A DNA stretch of 64,000 bases from Promethearchaeota archaeon. GTDB taxonomy: Archaea > Asgardarchaeota > Lokiarchaeia > Sigyniarchaeales > SOKP01. Below are positions 58,268 through 64,000 of this stretch, one piece after another. The stretch covers positions 93,474-157,473 of the forward strand of contig JAEOTP010000015.1 of the NCBI GenBank assembly GCA_016839765.1, written 5' to 3'. Numbering within the stretch: position 1 is the first letter of the stretch; each line of letters starts with the position of its first letter. The translations under genes and the position numbers were made by a program. The notes below the pieces were generated by a model. The model made no database searches. It worked only from the letters and a program-made list of their open reading frames with translations, and was not told the origin of the DNA.

Positions 58268-58460
58268 TCTTGTGACAACATTTAAATAGTCAAATTTATT
58301 TTATTATATTAAAATTATATGCTGTAATTAATCAATAGATGTTAAAGTAGTTCCTGGATTTAACAATAATTCAATTCTTATTAATAATTCAATATTTTAA
58401 GTTTCTATTGTGAAGAATTAGCATATAAGTTTGATATAATAATTCGTGGAGGAATAAATT

Positions 58461-59597
58461 ATGGAAGAATTGAAATTTAATAGGGCTATTATTTTAGATA
58501 ATGGAACAGGAATTTCTAAAAATGGTTATGGAGGAGAAGATCAACCGCGCTCGGTTTTTCCTACCATGATTGGAACCCCAAAATATGGAACTGTGATGCC
58601 TGATGTAAAACACTTTTCTAGAGAATATTATATTGGAGAAGAGGCAATGGAACTTAGAGGACTTTTGAATCTTAAATTTCCGATCGAACATGGTATTGTA
58701 GAAGATTGGCCTGCTATGGAAAAATTATGGCACTATACATATTATACTGACCTAAGAATTGATCCTTCAGAACATCCTATACTCCTTACAGAAGCACCAT
58801 TGAATCCAAGACAGAATAGAGAAAAAATAGCTGAAATCATGTTTGAGACATTTAATGTACCTGCATTGTACATTGCAATGCAAGCGGTGTTATCTTTATA
58901 TGCTTCAGGAAGAACAACAGGAACCGTGATAGATATTGGCGATGGAGTGTCTCATATTGTTCCAATTTATGAAGGATTTGCATTAAGCCATGCTATACAA
59001 AGAATAGATCTAGCCGGAAGAGACGTAACAAAATATTTGAAAAGGTTGTTAAGACAAAAAGGTTACTCATTTACCTCAAGTGCTGAAACTGAAATTGTAA
59101 GAGATATTAAAGAAAAGCTATGTTACGTGGCAATAGATCCAGAAAAAGAATTACTACTCTCTAAGAAAGTTGCTGGAATGGAAAAATTATATATGCTCCC
59201 GGATGGAGAAACAGTTAGTTTAGGAATAGAGAGATTTTTAGCTCCTGAATGTTTTTTCAATCCATCAGTGATAGGGAAAGAGTTAGACCCAATTGATGAT
59301 CTTATTGTAAGCGCTATATCTGAATGTGATGTTGACCTTCGAAGAGATCTTTATAGCAATATCGTATTATCTGGTGGTTCTACTATGTTTCCAGGTATTA
59401 AGGAAAGGTTAACAAAAGAAATAAAGGAAATGATTTCTGAATCCGTGGAAGTAAGAATTGTTAGTCCCCCAGAACGTATGTATTCAGTATGGATTGGAGG
59501 TTCAATTTTGGGCTCATTAAAGACATTTCATAGGATGTGGATTACGCGACGTGAATATAAAGAATTTGGTCCTACAATAATACACAGGTGTTTTTAA
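58461..59597 (+). CDS. Eukaryote-like actin (Asgard 'lokiactin'-type)
   Basis: 378 aa, collinear with eukaryotic actin: [87 protein letters not shown] and C-terminal [24 protein letters not shown] lies 8 nt upstream of the ATG. Confidence 0.92.
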   Translation: MEELKFNRAIILDNGTGISKNGYGGEDQPRSVFPTMIGTPKYGTVMPDVKHFSREYYIGEEAMELRGLLNLKFPIEHGIVEDWPAMEKLWHYTYYTDLRIDPSEHPILLTEAPLNPRQNREKIAEIMFETFNVPALYIAMQAVLSLYASGRTTGTVIDIGDGVSHIVPIYEGFALSHAIQRIDLAGRDVTKYLKRLLRQKGYSFTSSAETEIVRDIKEKLCYVAIDPEKELLLSKKVAGMEKLYMLPDGETVSLGIERFLAPECFFNPSVIGKELDPIDDLIVSAISECDVDLRRDLYSNIVLSGGSTMFPGIKERLTKEIKEMISESVEVRIVSPPERMYSVWIGGSILGSLKTFHRMWITRREYKEFGPTIIHRCF

Positions 59598-59620
59598 TGA
59601 TATGGTTCAATATTTTTAAT

Positions 59621-59645
59621 TTTTATTTTATTTTATTTTATTTTA
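59621..59645 (+). repeat. (TTTTA)x5 microsatellite / oligo-T tracts; likely termination signal after actin
   Basis: Five perfect TTTTA units read directly, 24 nt after the actin stop and just before the GGAGG of the next gene. Confidence 0.8.
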
Positions 59646-59665
59646 AAAAAGGAGGTTAAGTAGAA

Positions 59666-60871
59666 TTGGAAAAAATTATCAACAGATTAGATAAATTTCT
59701 TACACCTGAATCTAGAATAATCTCAACGATCATTGTTGAAGGGAAGAAAAAAATTTGTTATTCATCTGATAATTGGGATATTACTGATGATATAGAAGAA
59801 ATTAATTCTTTATGGGATTCAAAAAAACTCGGAGAACTTTTTATTGATAATATTAAATACAAAATTATACAAGTCTCATCTGAAAGACTTGTTGCTATGA
59901 ATTTAGAGAAAAAGGGTAGTATCATTGGATTTAAGGATGATGAGAGGAGAATTATCTCTAGAATAGAACCTGGAGAAACTTTATTCTTAGGTTTAAGGGA
60001 TGCTTCAAGAACTTTAGGAGAGCTACGTAAAAAAGACCCTTATTTAGATCCGCATACAATTCTAGGCAAAATTAAAGAGATTAAATGGGCTACTCCAAAA
60101 GTCTTACTCAATGACACTCAAAACTTACAAAGATTAGGTTTATTGAAGGTTGGTTTAACACTTGAAGAGGCAAAAGTATATTTGGCTCTACTTCAGATTG
60201 GTGAAAAAGGAGAAAAGGTCGGAAATCTTAATAAAAAGCTGAATATTAAGAGAACGACAATTTATAGAATCATTGAACGCTTAATTAATAAAAGATGGGT
60301 TGATAAAGTCATGGAACGCCCAACAGGGACAACGATTTATGTTGCTAGACCTCTCAATGAGGTTATTGATAATATAATTAGTGAAAGGGAAGATGAGTTA
60401 AATATTCTTAAATCTTTTAGATATATAATGGGAGAGAGCTCAGAAAATGGCTGGATTGATGTTTCAAAAGAGTATAATACTTTAGGAATAATTGGAGTGG
60501 ATAAAGATTGTGGACTTATTATATTTGAATATGATAAAGCTGTGAAAGAAGAAGTCATCATTCAAGCAGCTTTACAACTATCATATGAGAAACTAAAAGG
60601 ACATTTACAGCCTGATTCTGAAAAAGAAGAATTTTCAAATGCGGATTTGAAGGATATCAAAATCACTCAAGTTACAATTGATAATTACTTTGGTGCAATT
60701 ATGTATTTAAAATTTAAAGAGGGTTCTAAAACAGCAAACAATATCGGAACTGATTGGATTGTAGCGGCAAAACACCTTGCAATACCTCTAGAAGATAAAA
60801 TTTATGTAATTTGGGGTTCAGAAGAAAAATTTCCAATATTATTGAGTATAATCTTAGTGAAACTAAGATGA
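59666..60871 (+). CDS. TrmB-type wHTH regulator with a profilin-like/roadblock-like N-terminal domain and an uncharacterised C-terminal domain
   Basis: TTG start 10 nt after GGAGG. aa ~158-235, LGLLKVGLTLEEAKVYLALLQIGEKGEKVGNLNKKLNIKRTTIYRIIERLINKRWV...YVARPLNEVIDNII, is a TrmB-family HTH. aa 1-~125 form an alpha/beta domain containing STIIVEGKKKICYSS...DNIKYKIIQVSSERLVAMNLEKKGSIIGF. Confidence 0.7.
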   Translation: MEKIINRLDKFLTPESRIISTIIVEGKKKICYSSDNWDITDDIEEINSLWDSKKLGELFIDNIKYKIIQVSSERLVAMNLEKKGSIIGFKDDERRIISRIEPGETLFLGLRDASRTLGELRKKDPYLDPHTILGKIKEIKWATPKVLLNDTQNLQRLGLLKVGLTLEEAKVYLALLQIGEKGEKVGNLNKKLNIKRTTIYRIIERLINKRWVDKVMERPTGTTIYVARPLNEVIDNIISEREDELNILKSFRYIMGESSENGWIDVSKEYNTLGIIGVDKDCGLIIFEYDKAVKEEVIIQAALQLSYEKLKGHLQPDSEKEEFSNADLKDIKITQVTIDNYFGAIMYLKFKEGSKTANNIGTDWIVAAKHLAIPLEDKIYVIWGSEEKFPILLSIILVKLR

Positions 60872-60902
60872 TTTAAAAAGAAAAGATTTTTAAGAATTTT
60901 TC

Positions 60903-61367
60903 TTAAAAATGAGGAATTTCGGGATGTTTCTTTGCCTCCTCATAAATAGGACCTTTAGCAATGAAACCAAGTGCCAAGCCACTGCCTCTTCCAACTAGTA
61001 AATTGTCATTTATTTTAATTTTAAAAGCTATTAAAGTTTTTTGTGGAATTTTTATAATTCCCCTCTTGTAGATTCTAATCCAACAGTAATTTTTTTCTTT
61101 TATTTTAAATAATTTTCCTTCTTCTAATCGGTGATTTATTAATTCAGGGAATCCTTCTAACATTTTTCCAATTGGACTACTTCTTAATAGACGACTTGAA
61201 CTTAATCCAAAACCACCTGAACGTTTACTTCCAGACATTAAGATACCTTTTTCGTCTTCATTAAATTTATACTCAAAATAAGCTTCTTCTGGTATTATTA
61301 TTTTACCATTTTCCCCTACTTTTGACCATCCAAATATATATTTCCCACCTTTTACTAGTTGAGGCAT
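60903..61367 (-). CDS. Hypothetical protein, possibly a duplicated AbrB/SpoVT-like swapped-hairpin domain
   Basis: 154 aa. Two segments (ENGKIIIPEEAYFEYKF..EKGILM and KRGIIKIPQKTLIAFKIKINDNLLV) resemble the G-x-[IV]-x-IP...L motif of AbrB-like domains. Weak assignment. Confidence 0.35.
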   Translation of the reverse strand: MPQLVKGGKYIFGWSKVGENGKIIIPEEAYFEYKFNEDEKGILMSGSKRSGGFGLSSSRLLRSSPIGKMLEGFPELINHRLEEGKLFKIKEKNYCWIRIYKRGIIKIPQKTLIAFKIKINDNLLVGRGSGLALGFIAKGPIYEEAKKHPEIPHF

Positions 61368-61381
61368 GTAATCCTTCGTTT

Positions 61382-61951
61382 TTATTTTTCTCTGATGATA
61401 CTTTTATAAAAAATAGATATTAATCTTTCACGTTCATTAGCAATTTTCTTTGAGACATCTAAATACATTTTATTTCTCAATTTCATTATTTTATTTTCCA
61501 AATGCTCAATGACTTGATCAACTCCCCCCCTACTTTTAACCGTAAATCCTATTGTACGATATAAACCAATAGCTCCTAATGCATCTAATTTATCAGCATC
61601 AGATAAAATTTTTGCTTCCAGAGTTTTAGGTTTTATCTCGTTTGAAAAAGAATGAGCCCTTATACAATGAATAATATTCTCAATATCCTCTTTAGGGAGA
61701 TCAAAAGTAGCTAAAAAATTATTTGCTAGCTCTGCAGAAATTTCAGCATGATTTCTTTTAAAAGCTTTTACTCCTTCTTTATTTCTTCCAACATCATGAA
61801 GTAATGCCGCGATTTTCAGTATTTTAATATCCGCATCAAATTTTTTTCCTATTTTAAGAGATAAATCATATACTCTTTCAACATGAGGAAATCCATGAAT
61901 ATCATCAGATTCGGAGTTTTCTCTCGCAAACTTACGAATTGTTTCCAACAT
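61382..61951 (-). CDS. HD-domain metal-dependent phosphohydrolase
   Basis: HGFPHVERV, AALLHDVGR and SDADKLDALG are the H...HD...D motifs. Confidence 0.8.
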   Translation of the reverse strand: MLETIRKFARENSESDDIHGFPHVERVYDLSLKIGKKFDADIKILKIAALLHDVGRNKEGVKAFKRNHAEISAELANNFLATFDLPKEDIENIIHCIRAHSFSNEIKPKTLEAKILSDADKLDALGAIGLYRTIGFTVKSRGGVDQVIEHLENKIMKLRNKMYLDVSKKIANERERLISIFYKSIIREK

Positions 61952-62054
61952 ACCTTATTTTACCATCAAAAGTCAAAATTATAAAATAATAAATTTCTAT
62001 AAAGAGAAAAAGAATAAAAAAGAGTTGATTAAAAATTAATAGTTTTCGAGGAGA

Positions 62055-63743
62055 TTAAACTTCTTCTCCCCTTCTTTTTGCTTCAATATCTTTCAATTCT
62101 TTCCTTTGAACCTTACCAACTAAGGTTTCTGGAAGTTCTTTTCTAAATTCAATGAATTTTGGAACTTTATATGCAGCAACATTTTGTCTGCAGAATTCCT
62201 TAATTTCACTTTTAATTTCTTCACTTTCTTGATATCCATCTTTTAATACAACATATGCTTTTACTTTTTCGCTGCCGCGGAGATCTGGGTCAGGAATTCC
62301 TATTATAGCAACATTTTCTATTGCTTCATGTTCAAACAAAACATCCTCAAGTTCTCGAGGGTAAACCTTAAAACCACTTACATTTATCATATCTTTCTTT
62401 CGATCAACAATGTAAAAATAGCCATCCTCATCCATTTTTCCTATATCTCCAGTTAGTACCCACTCACCTTTCAATTGATTGGCTGTTTCCTCTGGCTTAT
62501 TCCAATAACCTTTCATTACTTGTGGTCCTTTTATCATTATTTCTCCTGCCTCTCCAAGAGGAACTATTTTTGTATAATCCTCAATATCGACTATTTTTAC
62601 TTCGGTGTCAGGTATTGGCATTCCCACAGAGCCGATCTTTCTTTCTCCACCTATAGGATTACTGTGGGTTACTGGCGAAGTTTCTGTCATTCCGTATCCT
62701 TCTATTACTTTTCCACCAGTTCTTTCTTCAAATTCCTTAATAACTTCAGGAGGCATTGGTGCTGCACCTGTATTGCAAATTCTTATTGATTTAAGATCTT
62801 TAGCATAATCTTCTAAATCATCTCTTTCTAGTAAACGCATATACATTGTGGGAACTCCTGGAAACATTGAAGGTTGTGTTGATTTAATTATTTCAAATAA
62901 CGATTTTTGGTCTCGAGGATCTGGATTTAAAGCAATTGTTGAGGCGTTATATATATGTATATTCATGCAGACTGTTTGACCATAGATATGAAAAAGTGGT
63001 AAATTTGTTAGGATAGTTTCTTTACCTCTGCTTGAATCTTGACCAATCCAAGCAAGTGTTGCAAGAGAATTTGAAACTAGATTATAATGAGTTAACATAG
63101 CGCCTTTAGGCACTCCAGTTGTACCTCCTGTGAATTGAAGACTTGCAATATCTTCTTTTGCGTTAGTTTCAAATTTAGGAGGATTTGGTTTTGTATCTTC
63201 AATTAGATTGAGGAATTGTTTAGTTCCTGATATTTCAGCAGGATTTCGTGGAGCCATTGGAGAATAATCTAAAACATTTGTAATTATAACATGTCTTAGA
63301 CGTGTTCTATCCCTAACCTTATTAATTTTATCTACTTGGTTATCCCAAGCAATAATTATTTCTGCTCCAGAATCATTTAATTGATAAGCTAACTCATGTT
63401 CAGTGTGGAGAGTGCTCACACAAGTAGCTATTCCACCAGCTTTTAATATTCCATAATAACTCATTATAAATTGAGGAAAATTTGGAATCATTATCGCAAC
63501 AATATCACCTTTTTTAACACCTAAATTAATAAGAGCTGTTGCTAGTCTATCAGCTATATCTTTCAACTTTTTATAAGAAATCTTATTTTTCATAAACCAT
63601 ATTGCTGTACGACTACTAAAATCTTTTGCCGCATTATCTAAAAACTCATAGAGATTTATTTCAGGATAATCTATATGAGCTGGAACGCCCTCGTCGTAGT
63701 TCTTTACCCAAGGCTTTGAAGCATATGGATTTTCTTCACTCAT
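62055..63743 (-). CDS. fadD: Long-chain/medium-chain acyl-CoA ligase (AMP-forming, FadD-like)
   Basis: AMP-binding motif FTGGTTGVPKGAMLTH, then GYGMTE, TGDIGKMDEDGYFYIVDRKKD, and C-terminal lysine motif LVGKVQRKEL. Confidence 0.9.
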   Translation of the reverse strand: MSEENPYASKPWVKNYDEGVPAHIDYPEINLYEFLDNAAKDFSSRTAIWFMKNKISYKKLKDIADRLATALINLGVKKGDIVAIMIPNFPQFIMSYYGILKAGGIATCVSTLHTEHELAYQLNDSGAEIIIAWDNQVDKINKVRDRTRLRHVIITNVLDYSPMAPRNPAEISGTKQFLNLIEDTKPNPPKFETNAKEDIASLQFTGGTTGVPKGAMLTHYNLVSNSLATLAWIGQDSSRGKETILTNLPLFHIYGQTVCMNIHIYNASTIALNPDPRDQKSLFEIIKSTQPSMFPGVPTMYMRLLERDDLEDYAKDLKSIRICNTGAAPMPPEVIKEFEERTGGKVIEGYGMTETSPVTHSNPIGGERKIGSVGMPIPDTEVKIVDIEDYTKIVPLGEAGEIMIKGPQVMKGYWNKPEETANQLKGEWVLTGDIGKMDEDGYFYIVDRKKDMINVSGFKVYPRELEDVLFEHEAIENVAIIGIPDPDLRGSEKVKAYVVLKDGYQESEEIKSEIKEFCRQNVAAYKVPKFIEFRKELPETLVGKVQRKELKDIEAKRRGEEV

Positions 63744-63828
63744 TTTTAATAAATACCTCTAAATTTTGTTATTTATATTAATTCAAATGATTCAATATAA
63801 TTTAAAAAGATTTTGAAAATTAATTATA

Positions 63829-64000
63829 TTACTCTTCTGTTAAGCTGTCCAAAGTAAGTATAGCGGATTCACATACATAATCGCATTCGTCATGAATTAG
63901 ATTTTTTAAACTTGAAATGACTTCTGGTGTATTTAAACCTATTTTTCCTAACGCTTCAGTAGATCTCCATCTAACATCTGGGTGCTTATCATTTAAAGCA
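63829..64000 (-). CDS. Partial ORF (C-terminal end, runs off right edge): HEAT (PBS-lyase-type) repeat protein
   Basis: Own translation of the minus strand: ...ALNDKHPDVRWRSTEALGKIGLNTPEVISSLKNLIHDECDYVCESAILTLDSLTEE*. D-x-x-VR-x-x-[AS]-x-x-ALG-x-IG is the HEAT_2/PBS-lyase repeat signature. Confidence 0.5.
   Translation of the reverse strand, partial: ALNDKHPDVRWRSTEALGKIGLNTPEVISSLKNLIHDECDYVCESAILTLDSLTEE

Noticed and set aside
62475-62808. Two overlapping plus-strand ORFs (104 and 67 aa)
   Set aside because: They are antisense to the acyl-CoA ligase gene. Other short antisense or alternative-frame track ORFs were rejected for the same reason: 7667-7939, 12035-12232, 15163-15366, 15671-16006, 16251-16570, 16891-17088, 17245-17475, 21866-22084, 24088-24291, 24376-24741, 25881-26072, 27152-27352, 28237-28431, 30041-30265, 30952-31269, 31675-31944, 34443-34691, 35060-35278, 37977-38165, 39905-40135, 43037-43300, 44860-45093, 46287-46586, 50806-50994, 53270-53545, 55159-55518, 58494-58691 and 60337-60561.
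1-64000. Search by eye for CRISPR arrays, tRNA/rRNA genes, transposases, integrases, toxin-antitoxin pairs and restriction-modification or other defence genes
   Set aside because: I found no regularly spaced direct repeats. No intergenic space has a GC-rich cloverleaf-like segment. No ORF has DDE, tyrosine or serine recombinase motifs or Cas signatures. The lone RHH gene has no adjacent toxin. Small RNAs cannot be excluded without covariance-model scans.

Overview
AT-rich, densely coding archaeal chromosome segment, about 60 protein genes. It is almost certainly from an Asgard (Loki-type) archaeon, because it encodes a strongly eukaryote-like actin (58461-59597). It also carries archaeal information-processing genes: a three-gene RFC clamp-loader operon and TFB. 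Many genes are bacterial-type: a grpE-dnaK-dnaJ-clpB operon, class II FBP aldolase, PepT, amidase, crotonases, an acyl-CoA ligase and a UvrA paralogue. TTG/GTG starts and GGAGG/AGGTGA-like ribosome-binding motifs are frequent. By eye I found no rRNA, tRNA, CRISPR array, transposase or integrase. Main leads, in rough order of interest: (1) a tightly packed seven-gene operon at 48667-56272, preceded by a perfect 14-bp palindrome. It encodes PadR, two BtrH_N/DUF4872-like cysteine-hydrolase-fold paralogues, an alpha/alpha-toroid-like protein, a Cys-rich DUF3795-like protein, a SAM methyltransferase and a UvrA paralogue lacking the UvrB-binding domain. (2) The gene directly downstream of actin fuses a profilin-like (or roadblock-like) N-terminal domain to a TrmB-type wHTH. 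(3) A 1377-aa K/E-rich protein is built from about 12 MIT/TPR-like three-helix modules. (4) A five-gene FAD/Fe-S oxidase operon carries SCP2 and CrtC-like lipid-type partners and sits opposite a FixC/FixX-like pair. (5) A candidate TTGTCAA-type operator lies in the heat-shock operon promoter. All functional calls rest on motif recognition in the supplied translations; no database search was possible.
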